Below are positions 16,221 through 23,900 of a stretch of 27,705 nucleotides of DNA, piece by piece (the first letter of the stretch is position 1; the number at the start of each line of letters is the position of its first letter). The DNA lies in the NCBI GenBank assembly GCA_003662205.1, contig QMXQ01000001.1, positions 1 through 27,705 of the forward strand, in the 5' to 3' direction. The stretch is from Candidatus Bathyarchaeota archaeon (GTDB lineage: Archaea; Thermoproteota; Bathyarchaeia; TCS64). Both the position numbers and the translations under genes were made by a program. The notes below the pieces were generated by a model, which ran no database searches, was not told the origin of the DNA, and was given only the letters and a program-made list of their open reading frames with translations.

Positions 16221-16589
16221 GTGTTGGTTCAATATAGTGACTATCGAGTGTGTCCGAAATGTGGAGCGATTTATGACGCTACCTACAAAGATAGATTCTG
16301 TATATGTGGGGCTTTTTTGCTTCAACAAGACGAATCGCTTAGAGGAATGCCTCTCCGAGGTAGTGGCAAGTTTGGAGGAACATATGAGCAAATTCAATAT
16401 TTTATTAAAAAGAGATATGGTGTTTCAGTTAAACCCTGTTGGATAGCGCATGTTAAAGATGCTTATGGATTGACAAGAGGCCCGGCACCAAACCGAAACT
16501 TGTTTGGGAGAACTAATCCGTGTCCGGCTAAATATTGGCACAAAATAGTGGAAGCGCTTAAGTATTATGGTTTGATTCCCTCTGAATAG
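16221..16589 (+). CDS. Zinc-ribbon plus small helical (HTH-like) domain protein
   Basis: N-terminal CPKCG...FCICG, then TYEQIQYFIKKRYG...CWIAHVKDAYGL...NPCP...IVEALKYYGLI. GTG start behind GGGTGTGA. Confidence 0.75.
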   Translation: MLVQYSDYRVCPKCGAIYDATYKDRFCICGAFLLQQDESLRGMPLRGSGKFGGTYEQIQYFIKKRYGVSVKPCWIAHVKDAYGLTRGPAPNRNLFGRTNPCPAKYWHKIVEALKYYGLIPSE

Positions 16590-16611
16590 TAGCGGCGGCA
16601 TCTCGGGACGA

Positions 16612-17968
16612 TTAAGAAGGGAAAAATCGGCGATTTTTTGTGCCGAGTTTTCTCATAACTAACAGTGCAACGATTTTTGATAGTTCCACGATCTCGTCTA
16701 TCGCCACGTTCTCGTCTTGTTTGTGACCGTTGCTGTAGGGGCCTCCAACGCCCAGGTTGAAGCACGGCATCCCCCCGTCGTTCACCTGGTAGTTCATGTC
16801 CGTGCTCGCGAGGGTCCCTGTGAAGGGTAGCTCCCTGTCCAGGACCTCCTTGATGATGCCCCGCGCCCCCTGTATGTACGGGTGCTCGGGCGACATCACG
16901 TACCCCTCGCGGACGTTGATGACCTCCACCTCGTACTCCAGGTCCGCGTCCGTGGCCTTGACCCCCTCTATGACGGATATGAACTCGTCCCTCATGTCCT
17001 CGAAGGTCTCCCCGGGGATCATCCCCCTGAGGACCTCCTCCTCGCATCGGTCGGGGACCGTCGCGCCCTGGACGCCGCCCCTGATGGTCCCTATGTTCAG
17101 CATCGCCGTCAGCTTCTCTATCCCGACCTCCCTCAGCGCCGACGGGAGCTCTATGCCCGGGACCGCCCTCTGCCGCCTCAGCAGCACGTTCCTCCAGTAG
17201 TCGTTCAGCGCCACGTTGATCTTGGACATCTTCTCGATGGCGTTCACGCCGAGGATGGGCAGCTGCCCGTGATACGACCTCCCGAAGGTGCAGACCATGA
17301 ACCTGGTCCTCCCCTGCGCCGCCAAGCCTATCCCCGTCAACGACCCGTCCAGCTGGACGCCGTAGTCCGCCTTGACTATGCCCTCCCTGATCAGGTAGCC
17401 GAGCCCCGCCACGCCGCCGATCTCCTCGTCACAGTTCCCCGTGAGGATCAGGTCCCCCTCAAGCTCGACCCCCAGCTCGTGCAGCGCCTCCAGGGCGAAG
17501 ACCAGGGCGACGCACTCCCCCTTGTCGTCGCTGACGCCCCTACCCCAGATGTAGCCGCCGCCCCTATCGTAGGGGCTCACCCCGTAGGGGCTCTCCCTGG
17601 TCACCTCCCCGCCGAGGGGGTCCACCGTCCAACCCCCCTCCTGTATCGCCGCGGTGTCGATGTGAGCGCTGACGTGGAGAGTCGGCCTCCCCCGCTTCCC
17701 CCTGTACCGGGCCACGACGTTGCTTCTCGGCCCCTCAAGCCCCATCAACTCCCCCGCCCGAGAGCTTCAGATATCTCTCCGGCGCCTCGTGGACGCTCAC
17801 CTCGTAGCCGTACCTGCTGAGCCTGTCCGCCAGGATGTCGCAGAGCCTGTTGTAGTTCAGCCCCGGCGGCACCTGGGTGTCGACGCGCACGAGCCTCTGG
17901 AGGAACCGCACCATCTCATCCCGACGCTCCTCCAGATACGAGAACACGGCTCCCTTCAGATCCACCAT
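16612..17968 (-). pseudogene. M20-family (ArgE/DapE-like) metallopeptidase split by a +1 frameshift (error, pseudogene or slippage)
   Basis: ORF 17735-17968 gives the N-terminus and ORF 16612-17748 the remainder. Removing one G from the G5 run (+ strand CCCCC 17751-17755) gives LKLSGGELMGLEGPRSNVVAR and a 451-aa protein. The HIDT, GRGVSDDKG, DEEIGG and HKQDE motifs are intact. Confidence 0.88.
16622..16638. repeat. Interrupted palindrome AAAAATCG-G-CGATTTTT
   Basis: Perfect 8-bp arms with a 1-nt centre at the right islet junction. Confidence 0.8.
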
Positions 17969-17998
17969 TTAAACCAATTCTGCAGTCCCGCCCTTTTC

Positions 17999-18010
17999 TC
18001 TTAAGCTTTT
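17999..18010 (-). promoter_or_regulatory. Putative BRE/TATA for the M20 gene
   Basis: The minus strand reads AAAAGCTTAAG about 32-42 nt upstream of the M20 ATG. Confidence 0.5.
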
Positions 18011-18060
18011 CACAAAAGATTGCAGAATCGGTGAGGGCTGGACACAACCAGACAGGTGAA

Positions 18061-18136
18061 TGGTAGCCCGGGAGAGATTCGAACTCTCGTCAGGAGGTCC
18101 AGAGCCTCCCATCCTTGACCGCTAGACGACCGGGCT
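18061..18136 (-). tRNA. tRNA-Gln(CTG), intron-less, with genomically encoded CCA
   Basis: Reverse complement folds as acceptor AGCCCGG/CCGGGCT (A1-U72 typical of archaeal tRNA-Gln), anticodon arm GGAGG-CT-CTG-GA-CCTCC, T arm GAGAG-TTCGAAT-CTCTC and 3' A-CCA; 76 nt. Confidence 0.97.
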
Positions 18137-18162
18137 GCTACGGATCGTTTACACAGGGCGGA

Positions 18163-18171
18163 TTAATATAA
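18163..18171 (-). promoter_or_regulatory. TATA box of tRNA-Gln
   Basis: TTATATTAA on the minus strand, 27-35 nt upstream of the tRNA 5' end. Confidence 0.65.
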
Positions 18172-18185
18172 GTCTAACCGAGGCC

Positions 18186-19298
18186 TCAGCCCCTGCCGAC
18201 GAGGCCGTCTATCATCTCCCGCCTCTTCTTCCTGATGTAGGCGATGATGGATCGGGCGGACTCGATCTCCTGCCTGACCGCGTTCCTCTCCAGATTCCTC
18301 AGGTTGAATATCTCAGTGGCGCCGTCGTAGATGCCGGCGGGCCCCTCATAGAGGCTGATGGTCTTGAAGAGGGCGGTGTAGTCGAACTTGGCGCCCTGCT
18401 TCGCGGAGATGAGCCACGCGTAGTCCTGGAGCAGAGGCAGCAGCCAGCCCCGCATATAGTTGGCGGCCTCGATGAAGTTGTTCTCGTCGAGCATCTCCTC
18501 CACCCTGACGAAGACCCCCTTCAGCACCGTCGGGTCCGTGAGGTAGTTGATCTCGTCCCGGAGCATCTCGTGGAGCCCCTCGACCACCTCCCGGTTGTCC
18601 GCCATGTACTGGGATATCCTCCGCCACACGCTCTCGAACCGGTCGAGATAGGAGGAGACGTCCGCCTTCTCAAGCCCCCCGAGGCGGGTGTTGCTGAGGA
18701 TGACCTTGTAGATGCCTATCATGTCGATCTTCTGGCACGCCCTCCGCAGGTTCCAGACGAAGGCGCCCCGGGTTATGGGGATGCCCGCGATGTCCATGAT
18801 GATGTGGGCGATGGGAGTCAGGCTCATGTCAGAGAACAGGGAGGCGGTCTCAAGGTCGCCCCGAGTCATGGCCGCCGTCGCCCTGCTCAGGTAGGTATCG
18901 GCGCTCGAAAGATACTGCTCCGTCCTCACCTCCACCCTGCCGGGGGTCCTGTAGTTCCCCTCCACCCAGTCCCTGGCCCGCTTGAGCATGCCGCTCGGAT
19001 CGTAGAGTATGATGGTCTCATGGAGCATGTGATCGACGACGGGGCTGATCACCTCCGCCACCCACTTCCGGGGGATGCGACTGATGTCCATCAGCAACCC
19101 ATCATATTCAACCCTCTCATGGAGCTCGTAGTCGAACTCTCGCCTGTCGACCACCAGCACATCGTAGTCGCTCGCGGGGGACGCGTCGTACCTGCTCCAG
19201 CTGCCGAACAGCCCTATGGACGAGACGGTCGCCTGCTTCGCCAGGTCCTCGACGAACCTGTTGAAGGTGGAGCTGATCTCCCTGGGTAACGCCGCCAA
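18186..19298 (-). CDS. Pol-beta-superfamily nucleotidyltransferase with two tandem helical (HEPN-like) C-terminal repeats
   Basis: LFGSWSR...SDYDVLVV (GS...DxD) and a third acidic strand (LMDI), followed by an internally duplicated helical region. TTG start. Confidence 0.8.
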   Translation of the reverse strand: MAALPREISSTFNRFVEDLAKQATVSSIGLFGSWSRYDASPASDYDVLVVDRREFDYELHERVEYDGLLMDISRIPRKWVAEVISPVVDHMLHETIILYDPSGMLKRARDWVEGNYRTPGRVEVRTEQYLSSADTYLSRATAAMTRGDLETASLFSDMSLTPIAHIIMDIAGIPITRGAFVWNLRRACQKIDMIGIYKVILSNTRLGGLEKADVSSYLDRFESVWRRISQYMADNREVVEGLHEMLRDEINYLTDPTVLKGVFVRVEEMLDENNFIEAANYMRGWLLPLLQDYAWLISAKQGAKFDYTALFKTISLYEGPAGIYDGATEIFNLRNLERNAVRQEIESARSIIAYIRKKRREMIDGLVGRG

Positions 19299-19464
19299 TC
19301 CTACAACCCCGATACACTTAACACGACTATCAGGCTTTATCTTTTGCCTTCCCTTCCCCCGTCCTTGAAGCCTTCAGGAATCATAAACCCCTCTGGGTTC
19401 TCTATTCCCCTCCCGCCTCTTCTATATATTAACTCCAGATCTCTATAAAATATGGAAGAAAAAA

Positions 19465-19480
19465 ACGAAAAGTTTAAATA
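19465..19480 (+). promoter_or_regulatory. Canonical BRE + TATA upstream of tfb
   Basis: ACGAAAAG-TTTAAATA, the best consensus promoter in the window. Confidence 0.7.
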
Positions 19481-19585
19481 CTACAACCAGGGGGAGACTA
19501 ATGCTCCAGATGATCAGATTGTTCTGATTCTCACTGGGATGAGGAAGATTCTGTGATGGGTTGAATCGTCTCGGATCCCTATATA

Positions 19586-20521
19586 TTGGGGGAGAGTATG
19601 AAGCGGAGAGAGAAGCTCGGTAGCGAGGATGTATGTCCCGAGTGCGGGAGTAGCATGATCATTCATGACGAGGAGTCGGGGGAGATCATCTGCGGGAGCT
19701 GCGGCCTCGTCATCACGGAGTCCATCATCAATAAGGGTCCCGAGTGGAGGGCCTTCACCCAGAGCGAGAAGGAGTCGCGGAGCCGTGTGGGCGTCCCCAT
19801 CTCCTTCTCCGTCCATGATAAGGGCCTGACGACCATGATCGGCCGGGTCGGCAGGGATGCCTTCGGGAGGAAGATTCCGCTCAAGACGAAGCTCCAGATG
19901 CTCCGTCTGAGGAAGTGGCAGATCAGGTCTAGGGTCCATTCCTCCGTTGACAGGAACCTGGCCCAGGCCATGGCGGAGCTCGACAGGCTGACGGACAAGC
20001 TGCACATCCCTCCGCCCATCAAGGAGAAGGCTGCCATAACCTACCGGAAGGCCCTGGAGAAGGGCCTGGTCCGGGGGCGGTCCATCTCAGCCATCGCGGC
20101 GGCGTCGCTGTACGCGGCGTGCCGCGTCACCCAGACGCCGAGGACCCTGAGGGAGATCGCCAGGCACAGCCCCATAGAGAAGAAGGATATCGCCCGCTGC
20201 TACAGGCTCCTTCTGCGGGAGCTGCGGCTCCAGATGCCGATACCCGCGGCCCAGCTCAGGGTGCCGAAGATCGCGGCGAAGGTGGGCATCGGGGAGAAGA
20301 CGCAGCAGACCGCGGTCGAGATCCTGCGGAAGGCGGAGAAGCTGAGGACGACGGCGGGCAAGGACCCGATGGGCCTCGCGGCGGCCGCCCTCTACATAGC
20401 GTGCGTGCTGAACGACGAGAAGCGGACCCAGAAGATGATCGCGGACGCGGCGGGGGTCACGGAGGTCACCATCCGCAACCGCTACAAGGGGCTTAAGGAA
20501 GCCCTGAAGCTTGACATTTAA
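19586..20521 (+). CDS. tfb: Transcription initiation factor IIB (TFB)
   Basis: Zn ribbon CPECG...CGSCG, B-reader GPEWRAF, two cyclin repeats and C-terminal VTEVTIRNRY. Start is TTG 19586 or ATG 19598. Confidence 0.97.
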   Translation: MGESMKRREKLGSEDVCPECGSSMIIHDEESGEIICGSCGLVITESIINKGPEWRAFTQSEKESRSRVGVPISFSVHDKGLTTMIGRVGRDAFGRKIPLKTKLQMLRLRKWQIRSRVHSSVDRNLAQAMAELDRLTDKLHIPPPIKEKAAITYRKALEKGLVRGRSISAIAAASLYAACRVTQTPRTLREIARHSPIEKKDIARCYRLLLRELRLQMPIPAAQLRVPKIAAKVGIGEKTQQTAVEILRKAEKLRTTAGKDPMGLAAAALYIACVLNDEKRTQKMIADAAGVTEVTIRNRYKGLKEALKLDI

Positions 20522-20566
20522 CAACGGATAAATACCAATTGCCCCACCTTAAAGGGTTGGGGACAT

Positions 20567-21706
20567 ATGTCCGAGCCCGAGGGAGCACGCGACAGGACGC
20601 TTATCCTCTGCATAGATAGAGATGACGATATCGGACGGAAGGCCGACGTCGAGACGCCCATCCTTGGCAGGGAGGTGAACCTCAGGGCGGCCGCGGAGCT
20701 GGCCCTGGCCGACCCGGAGGAGGCGGACGCCAACGCCATGTTCGGCGCCGTCAAGCTCTACGACCAGCTCTCGAAGAACTCCGACAGGTCGTATCAGGTG
20801 GCGACGATAGCCGGCTCACCCATGGGCGGGGTCGCCGCCGACAGGAGGATCGTCGAGGAGCTTGAGGCGGTGCTCGAGTCCTACCCGGCGACGGACGTCA
20901 TCCTGGTGACCGACGGCTTCTCCGACGAGTCCATTCTTCCCATCATCCAGTCCCGGGTGCCCATCACCTCCATCCACCATGTGGTCGTCAAGCACAGCGA
21001 GCGGATCGAGGAGACCTGGGCGGTGATGCTCCGATACCTCAAGATGATGGTGAACGACCCCCACTACTCCCGGCTCAGCCTCGGCGTGCCCGGGATCATG
21101 CTCGTCATCCTCGGCGTCCTCCTCGTCTTCAACCAGCTTGAGAACGCGGGGATGGTGCTCACCTTCGTCATGGGGGTGGTGCTCCTCATCAAGGGGTTCG
21201 GCTGGGACGAGAAGCTCGCCATGATAAAGCTGAAGCTACCCCCGCCGGAGCGGCAGCTAGTGCTCGCCTCCCTCAGCGTGGGCGTCTTCCTCACCGTGGT
21301 GGGCTGCTTCCGAGGCGTCGTCGGCGCCTCGCGCTACGTGCCGAGCTACGCGCCGCGCCTATGGCAGGACTTCCGGTTCTGGCTTCAGCTCTCGCCGACG
21401 CTGGCGGGCGCCTTCCTGCTCGGCGCGATAGACTTCATCATCCTGGGGGCGATGGTCTCCCTCATCGGCGGCGTCGCCTCCTACTACATGCAGCGGGACT
21501 CCAAGATACTGTGGAACATCGTCGGGATGATCGTGACCTTCTGGCTCCGGTTCATCGCCATCGAGTCCGCCAAGGTGCTCATGGAGCCGGAGAAGGTGCT
21601 AACCCTCCAATCCCCCCTGGTCTTCATGGCCATAGCCGGGGTCGTGACGACCATCACCTCCGTCTTCGTCATCTACGGAACCCGGAAAAAGCTGCACTTC
21701 AAGTAG
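20567..21706 (+). CDS. DUF373-family archaeal membrane protein
   Basis: ILCIDRDDDIGRK, ADPEEADANAMF, TDGFSDE and VVVKHS motifs, then multiple TM helices. Confidence 0.9.
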   Translation: MSEPEGARDRTLILCIDRDDDIGRKADVETPILGREVNLRAAAELALADPEEADANAMFGAVKLYDQLSKNSDRSYQVATIAGSPMGGVAADRRIVEELEAVLESYPATDVILVTDGFSDESILPIIQSRVPITSIHHVVVKHSERIEETWAVMLRYLKMMVNDPHYSRLSLGVPGIMLVILGVLLVFNQLENAGMVLTFVMGVVLLIKGFGWDEKLAMIKLKLPPPERQLVLASLSVGVFLTVVGCFRGVVGASRYVPSYAPRLWQDFRFWLQLSPTLAGAFLLGAIDFIILGAMVSLIGGVASYYMQRDSKILWNIVGMIVTFWLRFIAIESAKVLMEPEKVLTLQSPLVFMAIAGVVTTITSVFVIYGTRKKLHFK

Positions 21707-21785
21707 GCTGTTCCTTTTCCTTATTCTCCTAGTAACGTCATAGTTTTATCTCCGGGACCCCATCGGTATATGAGGTCTGCCTGAG

Positions 21786-22568
21786 ATGCTCCGCCGCCTT
21801 CTATCCGCCTTGGGCGTCTACAAGGTCTATCGGCGGTGGCTTCGCATGCAGATCGACTCGAAGGTGAAGCCCGAGCACATCGGCGTCATCCTCGACGGGA
21901 ACCGGCGATGGGCGTCCGCTCGGCACATGATCCCCTGGGAAGGGCACAGGGAAGGTGCCGAGAAGGTGAAGCAGTTCCTGGAGTGGTGCATCGACCTCGG
22001 CATCAAGACCGTCACCCTGTACGGCTTCTCCACCGAGAACTTCCAGCGATCCAAGCGGGAGGTGGAGGAGCTGATGAAGCTGTACGAGGAGAACCTCAGG
22101 GAGGTTCTGAGGTCCGACGTCATCCACAAGAACAGGGTCTGCATCAAGGCCATCGGCAGGATCAACCTCCTCCCCGAGCGCATCCAGCAGCTTATCCGCG
22201 AGGTCGAGGAGGCGACGAAGGACTACGACAGGTTCTACCTGAACGTCGCCCTCGCCTACGGGGGCAGGGCCGAGATCGTGGACGCGGCGCGGGAGATCGC
22301 CTCGAAGGTGAAGGGTGGGGAGCTCAGCCCCGAGGAGATCGACGAAGCCGTCTTCGAGAAGCACCTGTACACCTCGCATCTCCCGCAGCAGGACCCCGAC
22401 CTGATCATCAGGACCTCGGGCGAGTCCAGGCTCAGCGGTATCCTCCACTGGCAGTCCGCCTACAGCGAGCTCTTCTTCGTCGATGTCTACTGGCCCGAGT
22501 TCAGGGAGATCGACCTGGAACGGGCGATCCGGAGCTTCCAGCAGAGGCAGCGGAGATTCGGGAAGTAG
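21786..22568 (+). CDS. uppS: cis-prenyltransferase (polyprenyl diphosphate synthase)
   Basis: HIGVILDGNRRWA, YGFSTENFQR, ALAYGGRAEI, DLIIRTSGESRLS and C-terminal RRFG. Confidence 0.96.
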   Translation: MLRRLLSALGVYKVYRRWLRMQIDSKVKPEHIGVILDGNRRWASARHMIPWEGHREGAEKVKQFLEWCIDLGIKTVTLYGFSTENFQRSKREVEELMKLYEENLREVLRSDVIHKNRVCIKAIGRINLLPERIQQLIREVEEATKDYDRFYLNVALAYGGRAEIVDAAREIASKVKGGELSPEEIDEAVFEKHLYTSHLPQQDPDLIIRTSGESRLSGILHWQSAYSELFFVDVYWPEFREIDLERAIRSFQQRQRRFGK

Positions 22569-22574
22569 ACGCCC

Positions 22575-23639
22575 TCAGACGCGCATCGCGTCGAGGTCCT
22601 TGTCAAACCTGGTCAGCCTCTCGGGGCCCGAGTCCGTGACTAGGACGGTGTCCTCGATCCTGACGCCGCCGAATCCGGGGATGTAGATGCCGGGCTCGTC
22701 CGTCACGACGTTCCCCGGCTCCAGCGTGTCCTCGCTGGTCCTGCTGAGGGAGGGGGGCTCGTGGACCTCCAGGCCGACGCCGTGGCCCAGGGAGTGGACG
22801 AAGTGCTCGCCGTAGCCCGCCTCCTCGATGATGGACCGCGCGACCTGATCGACCTCTCTCCCCCTGGCGCCGACCTTGATCTCCGGGAGAGCCGTCTGGT
22901 TTGCCCTGAGAACCGTCTCGTATATCTTGACCTGCTCCTCCGTCGGCTCCCCCATGATGAAGGTCCGGGTGATGTCGGATCTGTACCCCTTGTAGGTGGC
23001 GCCCAGGTCGATGGTGACGAAGTCGCCCCTCCGTATCCTCCGGTCGGTGACGCCGGCATGGGGGTAGGCGGACCGGGGGCCGGACGCGACGATGGTGGAG
23101 AAGGCGAGGTCCTCGGCGCCGCTCCGCATCATCGCGTAGGCTGCCTCGGCCGCGACCTCATACTCCCTCATCCCCTCCCGGAGGTGTTCTTGGATGGCGG
23201 CTATGCCGAGGTCGGCAAGCTCCCCCGCCTTCCTCATCAGCTCCTGCTCGCCCGCGTCTTTGACGCGCCTCATGCTCCACACCAGGTCGGCTGAGGCCTT
23301 CAGCTCGACGCCGTTGAGCCTCTCCCCAAGCTTGCGGTGCAGGTCCAAGGTGAGGCTGTCGAACCCTATGGTCTGCGGGTCCAGCGGCTTTAGCGCGTCG
23401 ACTAGCTCGCCGAGGAGGTTACTCCTGGTGTAGGGTTTGACTCTGCATCCCTGCGCCTGGGCCTGGGCGATGGCGAGGTTGAGCCTGGGCGCCAGCAGCA
23501 GCGGCTCGGCCCCGGGGGCCGCTACGAGCACCCCTCCGCTGATGGTGCCGGCGTAGTAGTAGATGTTCGGCTCTCTGGATACGATGTAGGCGTCGAGGTC
23601 GGTCCGCTCAAGGGACTCGATGAGGCGATTGACCCTCAT
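22575..23639 (-). CDS. M24B Xaa-Pro peptidase (aminopeptidase P/prolidase)
   Basis: Creatinase-like N-domain, then SAYPH, DLGATYKGYRSDITRT, HSLGHGVGLEVHE, TDEPGIY and GVRIED. Confidence 0.93.
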   Translation of the reverse strand: MRVNRLIESLERTDLDAYIVSREPNIYYYAGTISGGVLVAAPGAEPLLLAPRLNLAIAQAQAQGCRVKPYTRSNLLGELVDALKPLDPQTIGFDSLTLDLHRKLGERLNGVELKASADLVWSMRRVKDAGEQELMRKAGELADLGIAAIQEHLREGMREYEVAAEAAYAMMRSGAEDLAFSTIVASGPRSAYPHAGVTDRRIRRGDFVTIDLGATYKGYRSDITRTFIMGEPTEEQVKIYETVLRANQTALPEIKVGARGREVDQVARSIIEEAGYGEHFVHSLGHGVGLEVHEPPSLSRTSEDTLEPGNVVTDEPGIYIPGFGGVRIEDTVLVTDSGPERLTRFDKDLDAMRV

Positions 23640-23900
23640 GGCTCTCCATATCTTGGATGCGCGTCAGGATTTAAAACATGGACGATGATGCCGCGCCGTT
23701 TCCGGATGGGTTTAACGACCGAACCCCCTGTAATCCCCGTCTAATACGTAATAATACCCCCTCTCTGGGAGGTTTTTCGATCCTCAGGCTTGAATTGTTT
23801 AAAGAATAATGGAAATTGCAACGGGGCGCTCTCACCTGAGTTAATGGCATCGAGGGATCGTCGGTAGGCCCCCGTATCCAGGCGCTGGAGGATCACGGCG

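Larger units (their letters stand above)
14940..16690. mobile_element. AT-rich horizontally acquired islet with three genes and no integrase
   Basis: Lines counted by hand give 23-32% GC (15001-15120) against 62% in line 14101. There are abrupt compositional shifts near 14940 and 16690. No att repeat was found. Confidence 0.85.

Noticed and set aside
19452-19556. 34-codon ORF MEEKNEKFKYY... upstream of tfb
   Set aside because: It runs through the consensus BRE/TATA, has no motif and is best explained as promoter sequence.
19505-19560. C/D-box-like pattern in the tfb leader
   Set aside because: The C box is mismatched, the guides are only about 7 nt and the terminal D box is not CTGA.
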